NCBI RefSeq assembly: GCF_001194135.2
Contig: NC_068983.1
Location: forward strand, 120,755,899-120,793,315
Origin: Octopus bimaculoides
Lineage: Eukaryota
DNA length: 37,417 nucleotides
Direction: 5' to 3'
Numbering within the stretch: the first letter of the stretch is position 1; the number at the start of each line of letters is the position of its first letter. Below are positions 1 to 10,359 of the stretch, in pieces. Below the pieces are notes generated by a model. The model was not told the DNA's origin, did not search any database, and saw only the letters and a list, made by a program, of their open reading frames with translations. The position numbers and the translations under genes were made by a program.

Positions 1-262
1 TAGTTCTCGGGAATATTCAGCGTGACACGGTGTGACAAGGCTGACCCTTTGAATTACCGGCACAACAGAAACAGGAAGTAAGAGTGAGAGAAAGTTGTGG
101 TGGAAGAGTACAGCAGGGTTCGCCACCATCCCCTGCCGGAGCCTCGTGGAGCTTTAGGTGTTTTCACTCAATAAACACTCACAACGCCCGGTTTGGGAAT
201 CGAAACCGCGATCCTATGACTGCGAGTTCGCTGCCCTAACCACTGGGCCATTGCGCCTCCAC
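1..262 (-). mobile_element. tRNA-derived SINE, family A (3' part cut by window edge)
   Basis: The minus strand begins GGCGCAATGGCCCAGTGG (A box) ... GGTTTCGATTCC (B box). It is nearly identical to the copies at 30889-31279 and 37242-37417. Confidence 0.9.
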
Positions 263-735
263 AAACTGTGGAATATACACAGCTTAAATACATTTTACAA
301 CCACAATTTGAAAATTAAGTTTACCGAATTCTCGAAATTATCTTTAGGCAACATATCATTTTTACGCGAGTGGAACTTTAATCTTACCAGACACACTCAT
401 GTAAAAAGCTATCTATGCAATCGCTCGGGACAACATGGAAGCGTAAGTATAAAACGTACTTGACAATCAATTCCTGCTGACAGGTTGATACCCTGCTGTG
501 TACATACACTACTACGTGGATGTAAAAGAAAATAATAAATGAAGTAAAAACAATCTAGAAGAAAATGTCAACAACCCGTGACGCTAATTTAGACATTTCG
601 ATATCTATATTCACAACACGAGCCACGTCTGAAGAAGCAAAAAATATCTGTGAAATACGGAGATTTCTATAGTTTATACATTTGGACTCAAACCTCTGAG
701 AGAAATTTTCTTACCGAAAACGACAACAATGCCCC

Positions 736-847
736 ATCATTAGCTACAAGTTAGCCTCTCACCTATGACCTTTATCAGAGAATGAAAGATAGTAAAATCA
801 TTGTAAAATAAGTTTCTTCCCAGAGAGACCATAAACTGATTTTTCTG
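736..847. repeat. 112-bp segment duplicated in inverted orientation at 6234-6345
   Basis: Manual alignment gives 111/112 identity to the reverse complement of 6234-6345. Confidence 0.9.
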
Positions 848-964
848 CCGGAGCCTCGTGGAGCTTTAGGTGTTTTCGCTCAATAAACACTCACAACGCC
901 CGGTCTGGGAATCGAAACCGCGATCCTATGACCGCAAGTCCGCTGCCCTAGCCATTGCGCCTCC
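845..964 (-). mobile_element. SINE family A, 5' head only, with a small deletion in the A-box region
   Basis: Matches 143-262, but CCCTAACCACTGGGCCATTG is reduced to CCCTAGCCATTG. Homology stops at GGCTCCGGCAG. Confidence 0.85.
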
Positions 965-1015
965 CAACGTAATTGTATATTTATACATATAACCTTATTT
1001 GTTCCATTCTCAACG

Positions 1016-1062
1016 AAAACTGTCCGACGAACGAGAACGTGAAACTCTGAGTAACAGATTTT
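1016..1062 (+). ncRNA. Minimal type I hammerhead-like motif (core variant CCGACGA)
   Basis: CTGT-CCGACGA-AC[GAGAAC]GT-GAAA-CTC[T]GAG-TA-ACAG. Stem I is CTGT/ACAG, extended by AAAA/TTTT. Stem III is the quasi-palindromic ACTCTGAGT. There is one core deviation (U4 to C). Confidence 0.6.
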
Positions 1063-1083
1063 GTGATGTCTTTGCAGCTTTAT

Positions 1084-2008
1084 NNNNNNNNNNNNNNNNN
1101 NNNNNNNNNNNNNNNNNNNNNNNNNNNNNNNNNNNNNNNNNNNNNNNNNNNNNNNNNNNNNNNNNNNNNNNNNNNNNNNNNNNNNNNNNNNNNNNNNNNN
1201 NNNNNNNNNNNNNNNNNNNNNNNNNNNNNNNNNNNNNNNNNNNNNNNNNNNNNNNNNNNNNNNNNNNNNNNNNNNNNNNNNNNNNNNNNNNNNNNNNNNN
1301 NNNNNNNNNNNNNNNNNNNNNNNNNNNNNNNNNNNNNNNNNNNNNNNNNNNNNNNNNNNNNNNNNNNNNNNNNNNNNNNNNNNNNNNNNNNNNNNNNNNN
1401 NNNNNNNNNNNNNNNNNNNNNNNNNNNNNNNNNNNNNNNNNNNNNNNNNNNNNNNNNNNNNNNNNNNNNNNNNNNNNNNNNNNNNNNNNNNNNNNNNNNN
1501 NNNNNNNNNNNNNNNNNNNNNNNNNNNNNNNNNNNNNNNNNNNNNNNNNNNNNNNNNNNNNNNNNNNNNNNNNNNNNNNNNNNNNNNNNNNNNNNNNNNN
1601 NNNNNNNNNNNNNNNNNNNNNNNNNNNNNNNNNNNNNNNNNNNNNNNNNNNNNNNNNNNNNNNNNNNNNNNNNNNNNNNNNNNNNNNNNNNNNNNNNNNN
1701 NNNNNNNNNNNNNNNNNNNNNNNNNNNNNNNNNNNNNNNNNNNNNNNNNNNNNNNNNNNNNNNNNNNNNNNNNNNNNNNNNNNNNNNNNNNNNNNNNNNN
1801 NNNNNNNNNNNNNNNNNNNNNNNNNNNNNNNNNNNNNNNNNNNNNNNNNNNNNNNNNNNNNNNNNNNNNNNNNNNNNNNNNNNNNNNNNNNNNNNNNNNN
1901 NNNNNNNNNNNNNNNNNNNNNNNNNNNNNNNNNNNNNNNNNNNNNNNNNNNNNNNNNNNNNNNNNNNNNNNNNNNNNNNNNNNNNNNNNNNNNNNNNNNN
2001 NNNNNNNN
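1084..2008. other. Assembly gap
   Basis: Run of N, with (AT)n on the right flank. Confidence 0.99.
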
Positions 2009-2052
<44 letters not shown>

Positions 2053-2377
2053 TATTGTACTTTGTAGCATATTGTAGTTTGTGATGTGAACAATAATTTC
2101 TCGTGTCTTTATAGAAATTGCTCCGGAAAACTAAATATTAATGCATAGAATGATAAGCAAAGGAAATTGGCTTTTTCGGCGTTTGCTTTGCAGGAAATGG
2201 CTAATGTGATCCATTGTGATCAGAAGTGTGTCATGAAACACCAGCAATATCACGTGACAAATCAATCGTTCGATAATGATTCTGAGGCATTCAGAGTTAT
2301 TGCATTTCATTAACATTTATATGTACTCTCAAGGCAAGCAGTATGACTCCTTGTTTTGCTTAATATTAAACTTGTTC

Positions 2378-2565
2378 AAGGCGACGAGCTGACAGAATCG
2401 TCCCTGCGCCGGGCAAAATGATGAGTGGTATTTCGTCTGTCTTTACGTCCTGAGCTCAAGTTCCGCTGAGGTCGACTTTGCCTTTCATCCTTTTGGGATC
2501 AATAAAATAAGTACCAGTCAAGCACTCACCCCAACATTACTGGCCATGTGCCAAAGTTTGAAACC
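2378..2565 (+). mobile_element. tRNA-derived SINE, family B, with ~18-bp target-site duplication (TSD)
   Basis: Head AAGGCGACGAGCTGACAGAATCG and core GAGGTCGACTTTGCCTTTCATCCTTT...AAATAAGTACCAG. Flanks are AATATTAAACTTGTTCAA (2362-2379) and AATATTAAACTTGCTCAA (2566-2583). Confidence 0.85.
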
Positions 2566-2626
2566 AATATTAAACTTGCTCAATGAGTGCTTGTTGGAAT
2601 GATTTTAGAGAATATAAAACAATATT

Positions 2627-3056
2627 CTTTTCTGCTCTTGGCACAGGGCCCGAAATTTTTGGGGGAGGGGCCAGTCGATTATATTGACCCTAGTACGCAA
2701 CTGGTACTTAATTTATCGACCCCGAAAGGATGAAAGACAAAGTCAAGCTTGGGAGTATTTGAACTCAGAACGTAAAGACAGACGAAATACCACTAAACAT
2801 CTCGCCCAGCGTGCTAACGTTTCTTATTTCTTTATTGCCTACAAGGAGCTATACATAGAGGGGACAAACAAGGACAGACAAAAGTATTATGTCGATTACA
2901 TCGACCTAGTGCGTACCTGGTACTTAATTTATCGATTCCGAAAGGATGAAAGGCAAAGTCGACCTCGGCGGAATTTGAAATCAGAACGCAACGACAGACG
3001 AAATACCGCTAAGCATTTTGCCCGGCGTGCTAACGTTTCTGCCTGCTCGCCGCCTT
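2627..3056 (-). mobile_element. Tandem dimer of two family B SINEs inside one 18-bp TSD
   Basis: Two head+core units with different tails, flanked by the perfect direct repeat AGAATATAAAACAATATT at 2609-2626 and 3057-3074. Confidence 0.85.
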
Positions 3057-3180
3057 AGAATATAAAACAATATTATAAATACAGTACGAGTCGGAGCTAA
3101 AAAAGTTCCTGCTTCTGTCAATTATGTCAAGACCATAAAATCAATTCAATGGATTTTATCCTGTTACTGCTGCTGTCTAT

Positions 3181-3280
3181 TTTGTTTCAGTAATTGGACT
3201 GTGGCCAAGCTGGAACACCATCTTGGAAAATTTAGCCGAACAAATCGACTGCAGTACTTATTATTTTTAAAACCTGACAC
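3181..3280 (-). mobile_element. SINE family C, 3' fragment
   Basis: TTTGTTTCAGTAATTGGACTGTGGCCAAGCTGGAACACC...AAATCGAC matches the family C tail at 12598-12700 and 29803-29900. Confidence 0.65.
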
Positions 3281-3286
3281 TTATTC

Positions 3287-3428
<142 letters not shown>

Positions 3429-4589
3429 CGCGCACACACACACACATACACACACATATATGTATACATATGACCGAAATTGCCCCAATACAAGATCGGT
3501 ATTTCGCCTGATCCTCTGAGGATCCATGAGCTTCCATGAAATAGTTTGAACAAATAAATATCAAATTAGACTTGGCTTCTTTATATTGATCCGCAGAAAG
3601 TAGAATTCTTTTTCAAGACCTAAATCCTTCGGTCAAACAATGGATTTGTGATAAACTCTGGTTCATATTAATATTTCCTTTCTTGTATCTATTCCATGCT
3701 GTTATTTCTGAGTTCTATCTTTGTTGCGTTTGAGAGTAAACTTATTCGTCTGATGTGATTATTAATATTACTTTCTCAAGCGTAACTCACAACAGTTCTC
3801 TATCTCTGAAACTGGAAGAGATTTACCTCTTACATCGAACTATATTTATCTGCACGATATTACACTTAGAAAGATACTAAATATATCTTCAAACGCTAGA
3901 GATTTCTTTATAAAACTAAATAAACTTCATCCTTCTTCTGAGGCAGTAGACTTTATTGGCTTCACATAACTGCATGTATATGCGTGGCCACGAGAAATTT
4001 ACTGCGCCATTTATAGAAAGTTTGTCGATATATGTTGCTGTATCTATTCAGGTAGAGTGATTTATATTCTAGTTCAATAAACAGGATCATTGATTTGACA
4101 CTGAGCAGTGTTGATGTCAACATTTATTTATTATACATACAATTCTGAACAACTGATCACTCCGCTTTTTTCTAATTTTTATTATTTCTCCGCGCTTTAA
4201 TAGATTTTTAGCAATAGGGTTTATTTAAGTTTTTTTATTCATTATTTGCAGAGTGTAATTGCGTTGAGACCATAGAAGGTGTACTTTATAAATTGTGAAT
4301 TTATTATTATATTCTGACTTCTAGTTCAATCAATGGCTTACAAATACCATAAATTGCTTTTATTCTTTCATGAAATTCACAGTCTTCGCATCATACATGT
4401 CTGCGTTTAGTGTCCTAGATTCAAATCACTCTTATAAATTTTTCTCCTTTGTATCTGTAAGTTATTTTCCTAAAGGCATGTACGTCACACCATCTCATAC
4501 TTCTCACCTATTTATTTTTGTCATTGACTACCAGCGCGAAATAGATATATTAGAAGGTATTGTCCTTTGTCTGTCATTTACAATATACT

Positions 4590-4850
4590 GAGGTATATAT
4601 ATATGTCCGTTTGTGTATCAAGGTGTGTGTGTGTGTGTGTGTGTCTGTCTGTGTGTGTGTTATGTGTATGTGTTATGCACGTGTGTATATTAATGCATAT
4701 TTTTATGTTAAGTTATAATAAAATCAAATTTACATCAAACTGAAGGAGAACTCAATACTCTTGTAGAGTACATATTTATTATTCTTTAGCAAGAAAAAAT
4801 ATACAAGTATATATAGAATGTATGCGTGCGTGTGTGTGTATTTGTGCGTG

Positions 4851-4889
<39 letters not shown>

Positions 4890-5128
4890 ATTTTATATAT
4901 ACACGCATACGTACACATATACACTCTAACAAAAGCGTGCGCGCACACACTCAAATGCACGTATGTAGAGAGAGAGAGAGGGAGAGAGAGAGAGAGAGTA
5001 AGAGAGGGGGAGGAGGGGGGGAAGAATGAGAGAGATTCATGTGCTTAGGGTTAAGGACTTCATTGTTTCTATGGATCAACGGGTATTTCTTCCTTATCTC
5101 TTACCCTTGAATTATATAAACATAACCC

Positions 5129-5202
<74 letters not shown>

Positions 5203-5262
5203 GTTGTGTGCGTGTGTATATATATATATATATGTATGTACACACACACACACAAATACGTA
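4590..5262. repeat. Cluster of compound microsatellites: (TG)n, (GA)n, (TA)n, (CA)n
   Basis: Read directly. It accounts for the spurious ORFs at 4730-5481. Confidence 0.9.
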
Positions 5263-5561
5263 TATATAGTTACGGTCACGAATCCAGGAGACGCTATTGT
5301 TTCTGTCGATATTATTATCATTGGAAGGTTGACGAACGCTTTTACTTCGGCTCTCTGTTGAAGTAGGTTCGTCCACTATTTCTGTGACCAAATAAAATAT
5401 ATACTGGGGAACTGTGTGGTTCTTGAGTGTTCTTTCCACACGACTAGTAATAAGTTGTTTTCTCTTCACTTCTGCTCTCATTTTGTTTATACATTTTGTT
5501 TTCGCTACTGTTTAGCAAGCACCAATGCCGACAGTAATATCTCACAAGAAACGACGCAAGT

Positions 5562-5654
5562 GATTTAAGATCAATTCGGATAGACTTTCGGTGTTATATA
5601 GCATCGCCTAGATACTATACAATTCACGAAATTTGTTCAAATTGATCTTAAATC
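5562..5654. repeat. Perfect 15-bp inverted repeat with 63-nt spacer
   Basis: GATTTAAGATCAATT (5562-5576) and AATTGATCTTAAATC (5640-5654). Confidence 0.8.
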
Positions 5655-5781
5655 TTTTCCCGCTTCTTTTCTGTTTTTATTACTATTTCAGTGGAACTTT
5701 CCAGCTGATATCAGAATAGTGTGGTATATATTGTCAGTGGTGATTTCTTCTATAGGCTAGTTAACTGTCTTAATCTGGAGC

Positions 5782-5968
5782 AATTTGAAGGGAGCGAGTA
5801 AGTCGATTACATCGACCCCATTGCACGACTGGCACTTATTTTATTGACTCCTAAAGGATGAAAGGCAAAGTCGACCTCGGCGGAATTTGAATACAAAACG
5901 TAGAGACGGAGGAAATGCCGCTAAGCATTTTGCCCGGCGTGCTAACGACTCGGCTAGCTCGCCATCTT
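5782..5968 (-). mobile_element. SINE family B
   Basis: AAAGGATGAAAGGCAAAGTCGACCTCGGCGGAATTTGAA...CTAAGCATTTTGCCCGGCGTGCTAACG. Confidence 0.85.
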
Positions 5969-6233
5969 AACTTAATCATAATAAATGTTACAAATGTATT
6001 AGTATCATTATAAATGTTACAAACGCATTGTGAATATTATTGTCTTGTATGATAAAAGTTTCGACTGTTGTATTCCAAATTTTCTTGGTTAATTTATGCC
6101 CACTGTATCTGTTATGTTGTACATTTTCGCCAGTTTCTCGATATTTGTTATACTCGTTGTGTTGAACACGAGTAATAGGGAAACTATCGATGCTAAGGTT
6201 TTGTGTTTGAGAAACTGCTTTCATTCCATACCT

Positions 6234-6345
6234 CAGAAAAATCAGTTTATGGTCTCTCTGGGAAGAAACTTATTTTGCAATGATTTTACTATCTTTCATT
6301 CTCTGATAAAGGTCATAGGTGAGAGGCTAACTTGTAGCTAATGAT
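6234..6345. repeat. Second copy of the 112-bp inverted duplication
   Basis: 111/112 identity to the reverse complement of 736-847. Confidence 0.9.
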
Positions 6346-6884
6346 AGCACTCTATAAAGGAAGTGCCTGAGGACTCTACCCTCATGAACCTCCAAGGAAT
6401 AGTCGGAGGAGAAGATGGTTGGATGGGTAACAACTCAAAGAAACTGCCCATAATTTTTGATTTACAGCAGCTAAAGGTTAACTTTGCACCGTTGAACTAA
6501 GGGAGATAATTTAATCACCAAGAAAGCATCAGAATTCAGATTATACTGTCTAACTTCATGTTTGTCTCTCTACTATATAGCAACATACCCTAATGCATAT
6601 AAAAGATTTACTTCACAATAGCCATTTAATAGCCATATGTTAATTTTCATCTAAATCTCCCTTACTATGTGTTTCGCTTAATCAACACGCAACACAAGCA
6701 TATATGATTAAAAGCCGAGAGCTTAGACAATATGAAACGTCATTACCTAATTTGTTTTCACTATTATCCACTAACTGCACTCATGACTTCGCCATTTTTT
6801 CTGCCCATCTTTAACAGTTTTATCTTTATTTTAGTTGCATTTCAATCTTTTGCTACTTTTTATCAAATAATTTTTTTTCTTCTC

Positions 6885-7095
6885 GGCTAGCTGGCAGAAG
6901 TGTTAGCACACTGGGGAAAGTGTCTAGCGGCATTTCGTCTTTCTTTATTTTCTGAGTTCAAATTTCGTCGAGGTCAACTTTTCCTTCCATAATTTTGGGA
7001 TCGATAAAATAAGTACCAGTTGCGCACTGGGGTCGATGTCATTGGCTATCGCTTCCCCCTAAAATTTCAGACCTTGTGCCTATAGTAGAAAGAAT
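6885..7095 (+). mobile_element. SINE family B
   Basis: CTGGCAGAAGTGTTAGCAC...GAGTTCAAATTTCG...AAATAAGTACCAG...CTTGTGCCTATAGTAGAAAG. Confidence 0.85.
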
Positions 7096-7199
7096 TATGT
7101 TACTTATCAATTTTAGTGAGGGTTTTTGGGTGCATGTGAAAGCGGTAGAAATGTAGACAAAAAGGGTGCGGTTAGTGTCTTTCGTCTTCAGTCATAATA

Positions 7200-7648
7200 T
7201 TGGATTCAAATTTTGGCACAAGGCCAGCAGTTTGGTGGGGGGGGGGGGCAAGCGATAAAAATCGACACCGCCAGTGTTCAATTGGTACTTATTTTATCGA
7301 CCTCGAAAGGATGACAAAGAAAGTTAACTTTAGCCGGAATCAGAACGTAAAGATGGACGAATTGTCACTAAGCCTTTTGGCCGGCGTGCTAAAGATTCTG
7401 TCAGCTCACCACCTGATCCTTAAACATAATACTGGTTTCAAATTTCGGCACAAGCATAGAAATTTCTGGGAAGCGACTAACTCGATTACATCGACTTCAG
7501 TGCTCAGCTGGTACTTATTTTATCAATGCCAAAAGGATGAAAGGCTAAGTCAACCTCGGCCAGAATTTGAACTCAGAAAGTAGAGTGGGACGAAATACCG
7601 CTAAGCATTTTGTCCAGCGTGCTAACGATTCTGCCAGCTCACCGCCTT
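7200..7648 (-). mobile_element. Two tandem family B SINEs (7200-7414, 7432-7648)
   Basis: Each has the B head, core and TTTGAAACC-type tail on the minus strand. Confidence 0.85.
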
Positions 7649-7963
7649 ATCTCCAAGCATAATATTACCAACATTTTCATGTATGACTTGAATAGACCAA
7701 CTAAGGAACGATAAAATATTTTTGGTTGATACCTGTATATTTGTATTTTTCTTACTGGTGATAGTTTCACTGTACAAATGTTGATAGAAACTACATTCTT
7801 CAGGTAAATTACTGATTCCACATAAATGCACTTCAATTATTGAGTTTCTGATCGAATACTAGTTCATTTGACCTATGGAATCAAGTTTACTAAGTAGTGC
7901 ATGCGTGCGTGCGCGGGCGTATGTGTATGAATGAGTGAGCGTGCGTGTACGTACATTTTATGC

Positions 7964-8018
<55 letters not shown>

Positions 8019-8131
8019 TATACATGTATATACACGCATATATATGTATGAATGTATATTATTTACATGTGTGTAAATGTTTATACTTGTTCCTGTCGAT
8101 ATGTGAATATATATATATGTAGTTATGCTTT

Positions 8132-8300
8132 GCAGTATTTCGTTTGTTTTTATATTCTGAGTTCAAATTTCGCCGAGGTCGACTTTATCTCTCATCCTTT
8201 TGGAGTCAATAAAACAGTACCATTTGAACACTTGGAGTCGATTTAATCTACTTACTCCCTCCCCAGAAAAACCTGGTCTTGTGCCAAAATTTGAAATCAG
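8132..8300 (+). mobile_element. SINE family B, 5'-truncated
   Basis: TTCTGAGTTCAAATTTCGCCGAGGTCGACTTT...GTGCCAAAATTTGAAATC. Confidence 0.8.
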
Positions 8301-8718
8301 TATACGTCTTCTAGTATCGCGTAAACAAGTCAACGAAGAAACATCGTCATAGATGATCTATCCTTTCGAAGGAGCTACCAGATATCCTTCATATCATGCT
8401 TTGACACTTTACAAAAACGAAAGGATGTGTAGTATAAAGCAATTTTGGAGGTTCTATGTTTTAAAGACTTGGTCGTGAAGGCTGAATCATATTTCATTAT
8501 TGGTGTGTTCATTCAGAGATGATTATTACTAAAGAGCAACAATAAATGTCATTTGAAGAGGTGCTGGTTGTAGATAATGAGAGACGTCTAACAGTTTTAC
8601 CTGAAATGGAGCGGAAGAAGTGAAAGGAGATATACGCCTGTAAGGTGAGTGACCGCAGTTTTGGCCTGCTTTTTCCTAAAATTATGTTTGCTTTTTATAT
8701 TTATATATAAAAATCTTC

Positions 8719-8849
8719 ATGTATGTATGTATGTATGTATGTATGTATGTATGTATGTATGCATGCATGCATGCATGTATGTATGCATGCATGCATGTAT
8801 GTATGTATGTATGTATGTATGTATGTATGTATGTATGTATGTATGTATG
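8719..8849. repeat. Compound (TATG)n/(CATG)n tetranucleotide array
   Basis: Read directly. It is a continuous purine-pyrimidine alternation. Confidence 0.95.
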
Positions 8850-8980
8850 TGAGGGCGTAAGTACTTATAGCCATGGATTTATAAGTCAAGAAATAGTTAT
8901 GTATAATTAGTGCTGAGAAGGAATGAGATAGAAGTTTATCAGTGTTTCTACATTTTACATAATGGTTTAATCATTGCTGC

Positions 8981-9184
8981 AGATTTTGGCACACGGCCAG
9001 CAAGTTTAGGTCAAGTCTATTACATGGACCTCAAGTGTTCAACTGTTGCTTATTTTATCGACCCTGAAAGGATGAAAGACAAAGTCCACCTCGGCAGAAT
9101 TTAAACTCAGAATGCAAAGTACTGGAAAAAGTGTTGCGAAGAATTTTGTCTGATACACTAACGATTCCACCAGCTCACAACCTT
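8981..9184 (-). mobile_element. SINE family B
   Basis: GAAAGGATGAAAGACAAAGTCCACCTCGGCAGAATTT...CTAACGATTCCACCAGCTCAC. Confidence 0.8.
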
Positions 9185-9220
9185 GAATAATGGCTTAATA
9201 CAATAAATTCTTGCATAAAG

Positions 9221-9668
9221 AAGACGAGGTGGCAGAATCGTTAGCGCACTGAGCAAAATTTTGGCGGTATTTCGTGCGTTTTTACGTTCTGTATTCAAAT
9301 TCCACCGAGATCGATTTTGTCTTTCATTCTTTTGAGGTCAATAAAATAAGTACCAGTTGAGCACTGGGATTGATGTATTCGACTTATCCCACCCCAATGC
9401 GAAAACGTTGGTCGTGTGCCAAAATTTGAAATCATCATCATCATCATTATTATTATTAGGAGGTGAGCTGGCAGAATCATTAGCACACCAGGCCGAATGC
9501 TTAGCGGTATTTCGTCCGTCTTTACGTTTTAAGTTCAAATTCCGCCGAAGTCAACTTTGCCTTTCAACCTTTCGAAATCGATAAAATAAGTACCAGTTGA
9601 GTATTGGGGTCAATGTAATCTACTTACCCCGTCCCTAAACTTGCTGGCCTTGTGTTAAAATTTGAAAC

Positions 9669-9669
<1 letters not shown>
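9221..9669 (+). mobile_element. Two tandem family B SINEs (9221-9432, 9458-9669), separated by (TCA)/(TTA) repeats
   Basis: Both carry GGCAGAATC-TTAGC heads, the core and AAATTTGAAA tails. Confidence 0.85.
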
Positions 9670-9670
<1 letters not shown>

Positions 9671-9704
<34 letters not shown>

Positions 9705-10243
9705 CATTATTATTGTTCAGTGGTCTTATTTTTATCCCATGCTTTCACTGCACTACCGAGCGTAGCTCTGTGTGTCTTGGGTACGTGCTGTGGTTTGTTG
9801 TGGTACTCTAATTTTCACTGTATTGCAAGTGTTTTACGTAAAATGTGTGCGGTGCCTAGTAGTGCTATTTTCTATATGTTATATATACTTGTAAGTCCTG
9901 GTGTTTTTGTTATGTATTTGTCTGAATATTTCTTTTATCATGCCTAATGCGCTTACTATGATAGGAATTGTTTCTGTTTTAGGTTCCACTTTCGAGTTAC
10001 CTCTATTTCCAGATATTTGCATTTTGAAAGTTACTCCGTTTCTTTTAGAGAAAAGTTGTCATCTGCTCATATTGATACAACGATTACAAGGCATGTTTTT
10101 TTTTCGGTGATCTGTGACAACTATATCCGGTCTATTAGTCTTGATTTCCCTATCTGTGTGTATTGGCATATCCCAGAGTATGTTTGCTTTCTCATTTTCT
10201 GTGACCTTTTCTGGGGTATGCCTATACTATCTTTCTTCTTCTG
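9671..10243 (-). mobile_element. 5'-truncated RLE-type LINE (R4/Dong-like), 3' end with (TAA)n tail
   Basis: Manual minus-strand translation across frameshifts and stops: HTPEKVTENEKANILWDMPIHTDREIKTNRPDIVV...KYLEIEV...TIPIIVSALG...KIALLGTAHILRKTL. This is the restriction-like endonuclease C-terminus of R4-clade elements. (TTA)n lies on both sides. Confidence 0.85.

Positions 10244-10323
<80 letters not shown>
10244..10323. repeat. (ATT)n microsatellite
   Basis: Read directly. Confidence 0.97.
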
Positions 10324-10359
10324 CACTATCCTACTGCTACACGGTATTGATGTTGTAAC

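Noticed and set aside
391-442. Possible 52-nt exon (CTTACCAG/ ... AGC/GTAAGT) and other + strand candidates at ~3958-4051, ~4383-4456 and ~8516-8644
   Set aside because: Splice-like pairs are expected by chance in AT-rich DNA. The joined peptides resemble nothing I recognise, and 8516-8644 has stops.
625-670. CTGAAGA...GAAA hammerhead-like spacing (also 17417-17460 and 22079-22125)
   Set aside because: Stem I and/or stem II cannot form next to the core.
880-2084. Long ORF-track entries here and at 13517-14587, 26750-28081 and 28715-29625
   Set aside because: They are open only because they run through N gaps and flanking microsatellites.
2684-3058. 124-aa and similar ORFs (7200-7583, 9295-9584, 30969-31163, 36695-36946)
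   Set aside because: They lie entirely within SINE copies.
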